Made by a program: the position numbers and the translations under genes
Part shown: piece by piece, positions 48,524 through 59,136 of the stretch
Layout of the letters: each line of letters starts with the position of its first letter
Position numbering within the stretch: the stretch's first letter is position 1
Notes under the pieces: generated by a model
What the model saw: only the letters and a program-made list of their open reading frames with translations
Told to the model about the DNA's origin: nothing
Database searches by the model: none
Assembly (NCBI GenBank): GCA_964592525.1
Contig: CAZQFB010000001.1
Span: forward strand, 65,419-129,418
Origin: an uncultured Candidatus Saccharibacteria bacterium
GTDB lineage: Bacteria; Patescibacteriota; WWE3; CAZQFB01
Length of the DNA: 64,000 bases
Direction: 5' to 3'

Positions 48524-48784
48524 ATGACCAACGATCAAATAATCCTCATTATTATCTTTCTGTTGACCTTGAACTTATTGGTGGTTGGTTTTTATTTGGT
48601 TTTGGTTCTTAAGGAGGTACGACAGACGGTGCAGCGAGTTAATGCTGTGTTGGGAACGATGGAAGAGGTGTCAGAAGCTTTGGCTAAGCCTCTGGTTGGC
48701 GCTTCGGGGATGGTTCTTGGTTTAATGAAAGGTTTGCAGTATCTTAATAAGTTTAAAGATCATCGGGAGGAAGAAGATGCGTGA
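48524..48784 (+). CDS. Small TM + coiled-coil protein (DUF948/YtxG-like)
   Basis: N-terminal TM plus helix; overlaps the YtxH-like gene. Confidence 0.65.
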   Translation: MTNDQIILIIIFLLTLNLLVVGFYLVLVLKEVRQTVQRVNAVLGTMEEVSEALAKPLVGASGMVLGLMKGLQYLNKFKDHREEEDA

Positions 48785-49112
48785 AAAAGAAAAACCTTCC
48801 CACCTAGGTGGGTTTTTGGCCGGGTTATTTTCTGGGGTGGTTTTGGGGGTTCTTTTTGCACCACAAGAAGGCAAAAAGACCAGAGCAAAGTTAGATGAAA
48901 AATCCAAACCAGCACGAACAGAAGCAAAAAGGGTTGCCCACAAAGCTAAACAATCACCAGTATTTCAAGATGTAGCAGCGGTGGTTGAGAAAGCCGTGGG
49001 GGAAAGAATTGATAAAATTGGTGAGAAGTACCCAGTGTTAAAAAAAGAATTTAGCCTGGCACCTAAATCAGCCCATAAGAAAAGAACTTTTAAAAAGACT
49101 AAAAAATCTTAA
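48777..49112 (+). CDS. YtxH-domain protein
   Basis: FLAGLFSGVVLGVLFAPQEGKKTR. Confidence 0.88.
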   Translation: MREKEKPSHLGGFLAGLFSGVVLGVLFAPQEGKKTRAKLDEKSKPARTEAKRVAHKAKQSPVFQDVAAVVEKAVGERIDKIGEKYPVLKKEFSLAPKSAHKKRTFKKTKKS

Positions 49113-49210
49113 TTCCATCTGCTGGCGTTTAGTGACGTGTTATAGTTGTGTAGGGGAATTTTATGTTTTCCCGCCATTGTGAATTATATTTGTTAAACCT
49201 ATAATAAAGG

Positions 49211-50986
49211 GTGATGACCAGTAGAGAAATAAAAGCCACATTTATTGATTTTTTTAAAAGTAGGGATCATTTGGAAATTCCTAATTCCTCTTTAATTCCA
49301 GAACACGATCCGACGCTATTGTTTATTAACGCAGGAATGGCTCCCCTTAAAAATTATTTTTTAAATCGACAAAAACCACCCCAAGAAAGATTAGTTAACG
49401 TTCAACGTTGTTTGCGGACTGAAGATTTGGATAAAGTTGGTCATAGTTCAGGTCACTTAACTTTTTTTGAGATGTTAGGGAGTTGGTCAATTGGCGGTTA
49501 TGGTAAGAGTGAAGCCGTTAATTTTGCCTATACCTTATTAACCGAAGGTTTTAAGTTGGACCCCGAGCGCTTGTACGCAACTTATTTTGCTGGAGATGAG
49601 CAAGTAGCGGAGGATAGGGAGACAGCCGAGGCTTGGGCATTGGTTGGTCTAGCTGCAGAGAGGATTATTCCTTTACCGACTGCGGATAATTTTTGGTGCT
49701 CTGGTCCAGTTGGTCCTTGTGGGCCTTGTACAGAAGTGCTTTATGATCGTGGTGAAGTATGCGCTAGTCGATCAGACAGTACGCCAGCTACTGATAGTGA
49801 GCGCTTTATGGAAATCTGGAATGCTGGTGTCTTTATGCAGTATGATCGTCAAGAAGATGGTTCGTTAACAGAGTTGCCACTAAAAAGTGTGGATACTGGG
49901 GCTGGGTTAGAGAGGTTAGCCGTGGTATTACAAGAGGTACCTTCGGTTTATGAAACGGATTTATTTTTACCACTACTAAGGTCGATTGAAGCTCTTACCG
50001 AGCAGTCTTTTGGCGTGGATACTGGTTTAGACCCGGCCTTTCGCGTAATTGCTGATCATGTGCGAGCCGTTACTTTTGCGATTGCTGATGGGGTTAGACC
50101 AGCCAATACCGAAAGAGGTTATGTGATCCGACGCTTGCTGCGTCGCGCCATCTTACATGGACGGGATCTAGGTATTTATGGTTACTTTATGAATCAACTT
50201 AGCCAGAGTGTGGTTGATCATTATGCCTTGGACTACCCCCACCTGTTAGTAAGTCTCAACCAAATTAAGGAAGCGATTTTCCAAGAGGAAGTACAGTTTC
50301 AACAGGTTTTGGCTAAAGGCGAAAAAATACTCAAGAAAGCAATGGCGTCTGGTGAAACCGAGGTTAGTGGTGCCTTAGCCTTTAAATTATATGATACCCA
50401 TGGGTTACCTCTGACGGTGACTAAAACGATTGCTAAAGAGTTGGGTTACACTGTTGATGCGCAAGGGTTTGCAGCCTATTTAGATAAACAAAAAGATCGT
50501 TCCAGAGAAGCGGGTTTAGATCGAAAGAAAGCTATGGCAGCGCTAAGCCCTGCGGTCGCAAAAAATCATACCGCTGCCCATTTATTAAATGAAGCCTTGC
50601 GTCGGGTTGTGAGTATGAATATAAAGCAAGCTGGTCAGGATTTAAAAGAAGACCGACTTCGTTTTGATTTTACCTTAGATCGGGCGTTGACTCCGGAAGA
50701 GTTAGTGGCGGTAGAAGCAGAAGTCCAAGCCCAGATCGAGGCTGACTTGCCTATTGAAGTAGTGCAAACAACTTATGAAAAAGCCAAAGAGCTGGGAGCG
50801 CAAGCTTTATTTGAGGATAAATATCGTGCTGTGGATAAGGTTACTTTGTATCGAGTAGGTGATTATTCTCAAGAATTATGTGGTGGTCCTCACGTCACCC
50901 ATACCGGAGAAATTAACACCTTTAAGATTATTAAACAGGAAGCAGTGGGTCAAGGTGTCCGCCGAATTAGAGCCACAACTTCTTAA
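49211..50986 (+). CDS. alaS: Alanine-tRNA ligase (short form, no C-Ala)
   Basis: DPTLLFINAGM, TFFEMLG, GPCGPC, DTGAGLER, editing HTAAH and CGGPH; ends at GVRRIRA. Confidence 0.95.
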   Translation: MMTSREIKATFIDFFKSRDHLEIPNSSLIPEHDPTLLFINAGMAPLKNYFLNRQKPPQERLVNVQRCLRTEDLDKVGHSSGHLTFFEMLGSWSIGGYGKSEAVNFAYTLLTEGFKLDPERLYATYFAGDEQVAEDRETAEAWALVGLAAERIIPLPTADNFWCSGPVGPCGPCTEVLYDRGEVCASRSDSTPATDSERFMEIWNAGVFMQYDRQEDGSLTELPLKSVDTGAGLERLAVVLQEVPSVYETDLFLPLLRSIEALTEQSFGVDTGLDPAFRVIADHVRAVTFAIADGVRPANTERGYVIRRLLRRAILHGRDLGIYGYFMNQLSQSVVDHYALDYPHLLVSLNQIKEAIFQEEVQFQQVLAKGEKILKKAMASGETEVSGALAFKLYDTHGLPLTVTKTIAKELGYTVDAQGFAAYLDKQKDRSREAGLDRKKAMAALSPAVAKNHTAAHLLNEALRRVVSMNIKQAGQDLKEDRLRFDFTLDRALTPEELVAVEAEVQAQIEADLPIEVVQTTYEKAKELGAQALFEDKYRAVDKVTLYRVGDYSQELCGGPHVTHTGEINTFKIIKQEAVGQGVRRIRATTS

Positions 50987-51036
50987 ATTGAGAGCTTTGG
51001 TTGCCGAGCTTATTTATCGGCGGTATGATAGCCATA

Positions 51037-52242
51037 ATGAGTTTGCTGCCTTTTTTGTTTGCCACTGCACCGCAAATTGGTGATTCTTTCACCGTTATTG
51101 ATTTGGGTACTCTCTATACCAAAATAGGTGTTTTCAAAATTGAAGATAGTCGTGTGGTTTTGCAGGGTGTTAGTGAAGTGTCACATGGTGTGGAACATTT
51201 AAGGTTTGGTGAGATTGTTGATACCCAAGCGGTTAAGAATAGCCTTACTAAGGCTCTGGCACAAGTTACTTCTTCAGGGATTAACCTTCCCGCCGAGGTG
51301 GTGGTGGGGGTTTCTGGGGAAAATTTGGGGGGGATTTCAACAGTCGTAAGGTTAAATAGGACCAACCCTAATGAGCCGATAATTGAAAGCGAGCTTAACT
51401 CTTTACAAGCTAGGATTGAGGAGGTGTCTTTAAGTAAAGCCACTAAAAATTTATATTTAGCAGGAAAGCCATTGGAAATCGTCAGTTCCAAAATCACCAA
51501 TATTATCGTGGATGATGTGGCGGTAACCGATCCTGTAGGTCGGTTGGGCAGTAAAATTGATATGTATAATTTTGCCGTGTATGCCACTGCTAGTCAGTTA
51601 GAAGGAATCCAAAATTTAGTAGCTTCTCTTAATCTTAAATTGGTGACGGTGGTGCCAATCATGTATTCGTTAATTGAATCTTTAGAGTCAAAGCTTCATG
51701 AGGGTATGAACGAAGTGCTCATTGATGTTGGTGGTGCAACCACTGAAATCGGATTAGTGTATGGTGGGGGTTTAGTTGCGCTAGGCTCTGTATCTATTGG
51801 GGGAGCAGCTATTACTAGAGCTATCGCTGATGTTTTTAGTCTTGATTGTGAAGATGCTGAAGAATTTAAGAAAACTGGTGGTTGGAGCAGTGCGGATGAA
51901 AATGAGTTTACCCAACAAGTGGCAGAGGAAGTGCAAAGTATCATGTCGATGTGGTTAGCTGGAGTGGTGCTGGTACTTAGCGAGTTTCCAGATGTTAAAA
52001 GACTACCTTCTAATGTCTATTTAACTGGTGGAGGAGCTTTATTTCCAAGTTTCAAAGAAGCCTTACTCACTAGCGGTTGGGCTAGGGAATTGCCTTTTAT
52101 TTCTTTCCCCAAAACACGTTTATTGAGTGAGGGAGATTTATACGGTATTCAGGTACAATCAGATAAGTTAAATATTAGTAATCCCTACGGCTTAATTTCC
52201 TTGGGTTTTGTAGGGATGCAAATAAAAGGAAAAAATGATTGA
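51037..52242 (+). CDS. FtsA-like actin-fold ATPase
   Basis: IDLGT, IDVGGATTE, GGAAIT..AEEFK, LTGGGA; start set at ATG 51037. Confidence 0.8.
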   Translation: MSLLPFLFATAPQIGDSFTVIDLGTLYTKIGVFKIEDSRVVLQGVSEVSHGVEHLRFGEIVDTQAVKNSLTKALAQVTSSGINLPAEVVVGVSGENLGGISTVVRLNRTNPNEPIIESELNSLQARIEEVSLSKATKNLYLAGKPLEIVSSKITNIIVDDVAVTDPVGRLGSKIDMYNFAVYATASQLEGIQNLVASLNLKLVTVVPIMYSLIESLESKLHEGMNEVLIDVGGATTEIGLVYGGGLVALGSVSIGGAAITRAIADVFSLDCEDAEEFKKTGGWSSADENEFTQQVAEEVQSIMSMWLAGVVLVLSEFPDVKRLPSNVYLTGGGALFPSFKEALLTSGWARELPFISFPKTRLLSEGDLYGIQVQSDKLNISNPYGLISLGFVGMQIKGKND

Positions 52243-53827
52243 GCTTCGTCTTAATGCCACCGACGATCTGTTAACAGCAAAAAAGAAGATTGATGATGCT
52301 GGTACTAACCAAGCGATTTTGGTTATACCTTCTGGTTCCGTTTTAAGTACGCCTGTTAATATGCGCTTATTAATAAGAGAAGTACAGAAGAACGGGATTA
52401 GTTTAACCCTTCGTTCTGATGATGCAAAGATTCAAACGGTGATTGATAATTTGCGTCAGGTCGAAGTTCCTTCCCCGGGGGAGGAGCTTAGTGGGACTGC
52501 TTTTGTAGTAGGACAAGACGTGGCGACTGGAGTATCGCCGAAGATTGGTAGCGAAGGCTCTGTAACCAAGACACTGACCTTATCTTTTTATGTTAATAAA
52601 CTTGTTACGCTGATCAATAAGTTACAGGTGAGTTTAGCTGCTAAGGGGGTAGCGGCGGTGTTAACTGTAATTGTGGGGGTGGGAGTGTTTTTAGCAGTCC
52701 TCTTTTCTTTATTTAACTACTCTCACAAAGCGGTGGTACGGATAACCGTTGTGCCTGAAGGTGTGGTCAAAAACTTTGCCGTTGTTGCTTCACCCAAATT
52801 AGAAGAAGTTGATGCTATTCATAAAATAATTCCAGCCCAATTAGTGACTATTAAAGAAGTGGGTTCGGAGAGTACTAAAGCTACTGGTTCTCAAGTGGTG
52901 GGAGAGAGAGCTACGGGTGTAGTGACCATCTATAATAAAACGGATGAAGCAAAACAGTTTGCCAAGGGGGATAAAATCACTTTGGTACACACCGCAGATG
53001 ATATCCGTAATTTTTATTTAGAAGAATCAGTTAGTGTTAATAAAAGAGAAATCACGATTACGGAAAGTAGCCCGGGAAATGAACTTGCTGAATTTGTATC
53101 AGGCAAAAGTGAGGTAAGTGTTATTGCCGAGCAAATTGGTGAAGAGTACAACCTAAAAGAAGGGGAGACTTTTACCATTGCGGATTTACCAATTTCTTCA
53201 TTTGTGGTTCAGAACGATAATTCTTTTAAAGGTGGTTCTAAAAAAGAGGTCATTGCCGTAGCAGCTGAAGATCTAACTCGGTTAGAATCTTCTTTGCAGG
53301 AAAGTCTGTCTAACACTTCTTTAAAGAGGTTACAGGATGAGGTTAAGGATGTGGTTGTCCATGAAGGAGCGATTGAAATCAAAGTATTATCCAGGAATTA
53401 TGACCAGCAGGTGGGTGCAACTGCTGCCGAAGTCACCCTGACGATGGAAGTTGAAGCTTTAGCGTACACCTATGATTCAGAGGATTTACAGCAATTACTT
53501 GAGGATGCTCTAGGCGGTCATGTTCCTGATCGGTTTGTTTTATCTGGGGAAGAGCAACAAATTGACATTGAGGGAGTACTAGTTAAAAATGGAGAACTAA
53601 ATTTTTACGCTAAAGTAACTGGTTTGGCGATACCAAAATTAGATGACGATAAAATTAAAGAAGATATTAAGGGCAAACGGGAAGACGCTGTTTATGGTTA
53701 TTTGACTAGTCTATCTAATGTAGCTTCGGTGAATATTGTGTTATCTCCCAGATTACCTAAGAGCTTGCAAAGGTTTCCCAGTGATGTAAGTAAAATTACA
53801 GTTGATATTTCACATGAGCGAGAATAG
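52235..53827 (+). CDS. Bitopic membrane protein with a baseplate-J-like extracellular domain
   Basis: Cytoplasmic alpha/beta N-domain, one TM, GERATGVVTIYN..VIAEQIGEEYN..FKGGS. Confidence 0.65.
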   Translation: MIELRLNATDDLLTAKKKIDDAGTNQAILVIPSGSVLSTPVNMRLLIREVQKNGISLTLRSDDAKIQTVIDNLRQVEVPSPGEELSGTAFVVGQDVATGVSPKIGSEGSVTKTLTLSFYVNKLVTLINKLQVSLAAKGVAAVLTVIVGVGVFLAVLFSLFNYSHKAVVRITVVPEGVVKNFAVVASPKLEEVDAIHKIIPAQLVTIKEVGSESTKATGSQVVGERATGVVTIYNKTDEAKQFAKGDKITLVHTADDIRNFYLEESVSVNKREITITESSPGNELAEFVSGKSEVSVIAEQIGEEYNLKEGETFTIADLPISSFVVQNDNSFKGGSKKEVIAVAAEDLTRLESSLQESLSNTSLKRLQDEVKDVVVHEGAIEIKVLSRNYDQQVGATAAEVTLTMEVEALAYTYDSEDLQQLLEDALGGHVPDRFVLSGEEQQIDIEGVLVKNGELNFYAKVTGLAIPKLDDDKIKEDIKGKREDAVYGYLTSLSNVASVNIVLSPRLPKSLQRFPSDVSKITVDISHERE

Positions 53828-54200
53828 CGAAGTAATCTTAGCGATTGATCATGGACTTAACAATATCGGTTTAGCATATAGTCGGTCAGGTTTTGTGGGC
53901 ACGCTCCCAGCTTTAAAGGGAGCTAAAGCCACTTCTTTAGAGGTTATTAAAGTCGCAAAAGAGTATCAGGCAACTAAATTGCTGGTGGGTGAACCAGAAG
54001 AACGGCAAAGAAAGGTGGTGCTATCATTTACGGAAGAATTACGTCAACAGTTTACTGGTGACATTGTTTTATGGAACGAGGTTTTAACTACTAATCAGGC
54101 TAAGGCATTAGCGCGAGAACAAAATTTGGCAGTAGCTAAAGCTAACCTGGACTCATTAGCAGCAGCTATTATGCTAAATGAATACCTTAATTGTTGCTAA
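53814..54200 (+). CDS. yqgF: YqgF/RuvX-family RNase H-fold nuclease
   Basis: ILAIDHG, LVGEP, WNEVLTT, LDSLAAAIML. Confidence 0.88.
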   Translation: MSENSEVILAIDHGLNNIGLAYSRSGFVGTLPALKGAKATSLEVIKVAKEYQATKLLVGEPEERQRKVVLSFTEELRQQFTGDIVLWNEVLTTNQAKALAREQNLAVAKANLDSLAAAIMLNEYLNCC

Positions 54201-54242
54201 ATTGGGTCTTGGTGTCTTGGTAGGCTATGCTATAATTTTTTC

Positions 54243-55232
54243 ATGAGAAACCTTAAATTATCGGTAGTTATTGGTGTTTTGCTAATCGGTTTTTTTACCT
54301 ACTATAAGTTTTCTATAAATTATCCGGTAGTTAAAGATAGTGAGTCAGTAACGGCGGTTACGATTAAACAAGGCGACAGTGTCTCTACGATTGCATCTGC
54401 GTTAAAGGAAAAAGGGTTGATAAGGTCAGTTACAATGTTTAAGTTGTTTGTCCGTTTGAATGGTTACAGTAATTCTTTGCAAGCTGGGGCTTATGATTTA
54501 AAGCCGTCTCAAGCAACTAAAGAGATTGTGTCTCAATTACAACACGGGACTTTTGATGTCCGTTTAACTTTTTTGGAAGGTTGGCGGGTTGAAGAAATGG
54601 CTGATTATCTTAATGCTAATGGTAGTCTTGGCTTTAGTAGTGTTGAGTTTGTGCAACTGGCTAAGGAACATGAAGGACATTTGTTTCCAGATACCTATCA
54701 AGTACCAAAATATATTTCCGTAAGAGATTTAATTGATTTAATGTTATCAAACTTTAATGCGAAAACCAGCCCATACCAAGAACTCATAAACTCATCAGCC
54801 TTAACTTGGCAGGAGGTAATTACCTTTGCTTCAATTGTGGAACGGGAAGCTCCAGATCCTGATTCACAGGCGGTGGTGGCGGGGATACTTTTGAAAAGAT
54901 TAGCCAACGAGTGGCCTCTGCAAGCTGATGCCACGGTGCAATATGTTTTAGGTTATCAAACGGAAACAGCTAAAAATGGTGAAGTGGTTGGTTCTTGGTG
55001 GAAGAGCGAATTATCTGCTACGGATTTGCAGGTGGCGTCTCCTTACAATACTCGGCAAGTTCCCACACTACCACCCGGACCAATTTGTAATCCTGGGTTG
55101 TCCTCAATTGAGGCGGTTTTGAAACCCAAGCAAAGCGAATATTGGTATTATCTTTCCGATCCAGACGGTCAGATGCATTATGCTGTTACTCTTGAGGAGC
55201 ATAATGCTAACATAGCGCGTTATTTGCGTTGA
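54243..55232 (+). CDS. mltG: Endolytic transglycosylase MltG
   Basis: EGHLFPDTY, ASIVERE, LQADATV, SPYNT, LPPGPICNPG. Confidence 0.95.
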   Translation: MRNLKLSVVIGVLLIGFFTYYKFSINYPVVKDSESVTAVTIKQGDSVSTIASALKEKGLIRSVTMFKLFVRLNGYSNSLQAGAYDLKPSQATKEIVSQLQHGTFDVRLTFLEGWRVEEMADYLNANGSLGFSSVEFVQLAKEHEGHLFPDTYQVPKYISVRDLIDLMLSNFNAKTSPYQELINSSALTWQEVITFASIVEREAPDPDSQAVVAGILLKRLANEWPLQADATVQYVLGYQTETAKNGEVVGSWWKSELSATDLQVASPYNTRQVPTLPPGPICNPGLSSIEAVLKPKQSEYWYYLSDPDGQMHYAVTLEEHNANIARYLR

Positions 55233-55249
55233 GGTTATTCCAGCGCGTG

Positions 55250-56599
55250 ATGAAAAAAGAAAACATTCTTCTGTTATTAATAATCGTCCTTATCGGTTTT
55301 TCCACGGTGGTTGTTTTTCCGGAAATACAAGTAGCCACTCTTTTTTCGCGACCACTTAATTGGGATATTGGGCATCGGGTTTGGCAGTTACCTGGTTTGG
55401 GAGAGCGAGAAATGAAAATTTCTAAGGGGTTGGATCTACAAGGGGGTGTGCAGGTGGTTTATAGCGTGGATTTAAATAATATTGTCTCCGAGGATAAAGA
55501 AGCTGCTTTTGAGGGGGTAAGAGCGGTTATGGAAAGGCGGGTTAATTTTTTTGGGGTGAGTGAAGCAAATGTTCAGACTGCGCACAGTGGTGACGAACGG
55601 CGGGTGCTCATCGAATTACCGGGTATTAATGATATTGCTCAAGCCTTGGCAATGATTGGGCAAACGGCGCAATTAGACTTTAGAACCCAAGCGCCAGAAG
55701 GCACCGAAGCAACGGAACCCTTTGTGAGAACAGAACTAACGGGAGCACAATTAGAACGCGCATCAGTTCAGTTTGATCCGTACACTGGTGAGCCTACGGT
55801 ACTACTGACTTTTGCTGATGAGGGCCGGGAATTATTTGCCCAATTGACGGAAGCTAATGTAGGTAAGCAATTAGCCATTTACTTAGATGAGTATCCTTTA
55901 ACGGCACCGGTTGTTCAAACAGCGATTACTGATGGTAAAGCTGTCATTAGTGGTAGCTTCACACCGGAAGAAGCTAAGAATTTAGCGATTCAACTCAACT
56001 CTGGTGCCCTGCCAGCGCCAGTTGAGATCATTGAACAACGGACGATTGGTGCTGCCTTGGGAGAGGAATCAGTTAAATTGAGTGTGGTGGCTGGGTTGGT
56101 GGGTTTGGGGTTGGTTGTTTTTTTCATGTGGGGATATTATGGTACCTTAGGATTTATCGCGGTGTTAGCTTTGGGGGCTTATACTTTGATCACTTTAATG
56201 TTGTATAAGTTGATACCAGTAACGCTGACTCTCTCTGGGGTAGCGGGTTTCATTTTGAGTGTGGGTATGGCTGTTGATGCTAACATCCTAATTTTTGAGC
56301 GCTATAAAGAAGAAAAAAGGGCGGGGATACCTAAAAACCACGCCGTGGAAAGGGCTTTTGGGAGGGCTTGGGATAGTATTAGAGATGCCAACACGAACAC
56401 TTTAATTATCGCGTTCATTCTTTTCAATCCCTTTAATTGGTCAATACTAAGTACTTCTGGGGTAGTTCGCGGTTTTGCGCTCACATTAGGTTTGGGTGTG
56501 TTTTTAAGTTTATTTACTGGGGTGGTTATTGTCAGAACTTTGATCCGAGTTTTTTACATGGATCCAGTGCAGATAATTGGGGGGTCTAAAAATGTATGA
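55250..56599 (+). CDS. secD: Protein translocase subunit SecD
   Basis: GLDLQGG, RVNFFGVSE, LNSGALP, GMAVDANILIFER. Confidence 0.95.
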   Translation: MKKENILLLLIIVLIGFSTVVVFPEIQVATLFSRPLNWDIGHRVWQLPGLGEREMKISKGLDLQGGVQVVYSVDLNNIVSEDKEAAFEGVRAVMERRVNFFGVSEANVQTAHSGDERRVLIELPGINDIAQALAMIGQTAQLDFRTQAPEGTEATEPFVRTELTGAQLERASVQFDPYTGEPTVLLTFADEGRELFAQLTEANVGKQLAIYLDEYPLTAPVVQTAITDGKAVISGSFTPEEAKNLAIQLNSGALPAPVEIIEQRTIGAALGEESVKLSVVAGLVGLGLVVFFMWGYYGTLGFIAVLALGAYTLITLMLYKLIPVTLTLSGVAGFILSVGMAVDANILIFERYKEEKRAGIPKNHAVERAFGRAWDSIRDANTNTLIIAFILFNPFNWSILSTSGVVRGFALTLGLGVFLSLFTGVVIVRTLIRVFYMDPVQIIGGSKNV

Positions 56600-57485
56600 T
56601 TTTATGAAATATAAACCCGTGTGGTTTGCTCTGTCTTTGCTGATCATCATACCCAGTATTTACTCCCTCGCCACTTTTGGTCTGAAGCCTGGTATTGATT
56701 TTAGCGGAGGCTCTTTGTATGAGGTCAGCTCGTCTTTAACAGCTCAAGAACTAGAGCAGCAGCTTAATGAAGCTATTTCTGCTCAAGAGTTATTAACTGG
56801 TTTGGAAGTGGTGAGTGTGCAAGTAAGTGGTCAGTCTAGATTACTGGTGAAAATGAATGCGCTTACCGAACCACAACGGCAAGTGTTAACGGAACATTTG
56901 CGAGCAAGTGGTAGCTTAAATGAGGTTTTACGGTTTGAATCGGTAGGACCAAGTGTGGGTCGTGAATTACTGCAGAAAACCTTGCTAGCGGTGGTGATCG
57001 CTTCCTTTGCGATTCTTTCTTATGTGGCGCTGGCTTTTAAAAAACTGACCTTTGGGGTAGCCGCACTGTTGGCGATGTTGCACGATACTCTAATTTTAAT
57101 CGGGGTGTTTTCGCTTTTAGGTAAGTATTACGGGATTGAAATTGATGTCCTTTTTGTCGCAGCGGTTTTGACGATATTGAGTTTTTCGGTCCATGATACA
57201 GTGGTGGTGTTTGATCGGATTAGAGAAACGATTAAGTTAGGAAAATATGGTAGTGACTTTACCAAAGTGTGTAATGTGGCAGTGGGTGAAACCCTGGTGA
57301 GGTCGCTGAATAACTCACTAACGATTATTTTTATGTTGTTAGCGTTGGCTATCTTGGGTGGGGATTCGATTCGTTGGTTTGTGGTCGCTTTATTGGTGGG
57401 GACCGTAGTGGGTACTTATTCTTCTACTTTTACAGCCGTACCTATTCTCCATTTTTTAATAACTAAACACCGAAGCAGTGGTTAA
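56592..57485 (+). CDS. secF: Protein translocase subunit SecF
   Basis: GIDFSGG, VGPSVG, HD, DTVVVFDRIRE, GTYSS. Confidence 0.95.
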   Translation: MYDFMKYKPVWFALSLLIIIPSIYSLATFGLKPGIDFSGGSLYEVSSSLTAQELEQQLNEAISAQELLTGLEVVSVQVSGQSRLLVKMNALTEPQRQVLTEHLRASGSLNEVLRFESVGPSVGRELLQKTLLAVVIASFAILSYVALAFKKLTFGVAALLAMLHDTLILIGVFSLLGKYYGIEIDVLFVAAVLTILSFSVHDTVVVFDRIRETIKLGKYGSDFTKVCNVAVGETLVRSLNNSLTIIFMLLALAILGGDSIRWFVVALLVGTVVGTYSSTFTAVPILHFLITKHRSSG

Positions 57486-59136
57486 AGAATGGCAGTTGAA
57501 ACCCTCTCAAGCTAAGGAGCTGCTTGACCATTTATTAGCGTTACGAGGTGTCGCTACTGGAGAGAAGGCGACCTTTTTAAATCCACCTTATCCTCTGAAA
57601 CAAGAAATAGCCGAGTTGGCGGGTATTGCTCCTCAAAGACTAGCGCAAGCAGCTGCTCTGATTATTACTGCCACCCAGAACAACAGACCAATTGTCATTC
57701 ATGGTGATTATGATGCTGATGGTATTACCGCCACAGCTATTCTCTGGGAAGTAATTTACCGCGCTTTTAATTATCAGCGAGTATTTCCCTATCTTCCTAA
57801 GCGATTGAGCGAGGGTTATGGTCTTTCTGCCCAGTCTTTGGAAGCGATCAGTCACCAATACCCGGGAGCTTTAGTGGTAACAGTGGATTGTGGGATTACG
57901 GCTTTAGCGGCTAGTCAATATGCGACCAAGCTGGGCTTAGAGCTGATTATCACTGACCATCATGCTGCGCTTATGGAGTCTCCCAAGTCACTAGTAACTC
58001 TGCATAGCACGGCTTTAACTGGATCAGCTCTTGCTTGGTTATTAGCTGAAGAATTGTTAGCACAGTGGGGTGTGGGGGAACGGGAAGGCTTGTTAGAGTT
58101 AGCGGCTTTAGGCGTTATTGCCGATATTCAGCCTTTAAGGGGGGCTAACCGACAGCTTGTTAGTCATGGTTTAAGTGCTCTGCAGCGGACAACGCGCCCG
58201 GGGTTGCGAGCTTTATTAGCGGTAGCCGGTGTAGCTGAAAAAGAATTAACCCCTGGAGTTGTAGGTTGGTGGCTTACTCCTCGAATTAATGCGGCGGGTA
58301 GGCTTGATGATGCTTATTTGGCTTTAAGGCTGTTGTGTACTGAATCACCAGCTCAAGCGGAAAAGTATGCTGTTGAGTTAAATAAAATGAATGCCTTGCG
58401 TCAGGAGCTGACTACTAAATCCTGGCAGGAAGCGTTGACTTTGGTTAATGAGGATCAGTTGGTTCAAGTTTTAGCCAGCAGTGCTTGGCATGAGGGTATT
58501 ATTGGCTTGATTGCGGGGAAGATACGAGAGGAGCTTAATAAGCCAACAGTGGTGATCGCCACCTCCGGTAAAGTGGGTAAAGGTTCTGCCAGATCAATCG
58601 CGGGTTTTGATATTACGGCGGCATTAAGAAGTTTAGCCTCGCTGCTGCCGGAGGTAGGGGGTCACCCGCAGGCAGCTGGTTTTTCAATTTGTACGAAAGA
58701 CATTGAGGCCTTACGTGAGGGCTTAAATGACTATGCAGCTGTGCGGATAACTAAGACCATGCTTACGCCTGTGCTGGAGTTGGATGCTGCCCTGCCTTTA
58801 GCGGAAATATCTTTAGCCACAGCAGCCACAGTTAATACGCTGAAACCTTTTGGTCCAGGTAATCCGCAACCGCTGTTTATGACTGACCAAGTAGAGGTTT
58901 TGCAGGTAAACACCGTTGGTGCTGATAACCAACATCTCAAAATATTAGCCGGTGACAGGCGCTCTCCGCTATCGGTAATTGGGTTTGGTTTGGGCACTCG
59001 TATAAGTGAGTTAGCTAGAGGGGAGATGGTTTCGCTCGCCTATCATATTGGTATTAATGACTATCAGGGTACAAAAAGACTACAGCTGGAACTGAAGGAT
59101 TTTAAGAGAGCTCACGAAAACGGTTTTTCATATTAA
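57478..59136 (+). CDS. recJ: ssDNA exonuclease RecJ
   Basis: GDYDADG, EGYG, TVDCG, TDHH, PRINAAGR, GSARS, GGH. Confidence 0.95.
   Translation: MVKEWQLKPSQAKELLDHLLALRGVATGEKATFLNPPYPLKQEIAELAGIAPQRLAQAAALIITATQNNRPIVIHGDYDADGITATAILWEVIYRAFNYQRVFPYLPKRLSEGYGLSAQSLEAISHQYPGALVVTVDCGITALAASQYATKLGLELIITDHHAALMESPKSLVTLHSTALTGSALAWLLAEELLAQWGVGEREGLLELAALGVIADIQPLRGANRQLVSHGLSALQRTTRPGLRALLAVAGVAEKELTPGVVGWWLTPRINAAGRLDDAYLALRLLCTESPAQAEKYAVELNKMNALRQELTTKSWQEALTLVNEDQLVQVLASSAWHEGIIGLIAGKIREELNKPTVVIATSGKVGKGSARSIAGFDITAALRSLASLLPEVGGHPQAAGFSICTKDIEALREGLNDYAAVRITKTMLTPVLELDAALPLAEISLATAATVNTLKPFGPGNPQPLFMTDQVEVLQVNTVGADNQHLKILAGDRRSPLSVIGFGLGTRISELARGEMVSLAYHIGINDYQGTKRLQLELKDFKRAHENGFSY

Noticed and set aside
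49113-49210. T-box riboswitch upstream of alaS (also checked aspS and gltX)
   Set aside because: No T-box consensus (GGTGGNACCGCG) and the leaders are too short
52235-53827. Prophage or contractile injection system
   Set aside because: The baseplate-J-like region is part of a TM protein in a housekeeping context, with no sheath, tube, spike, terminase or integrase
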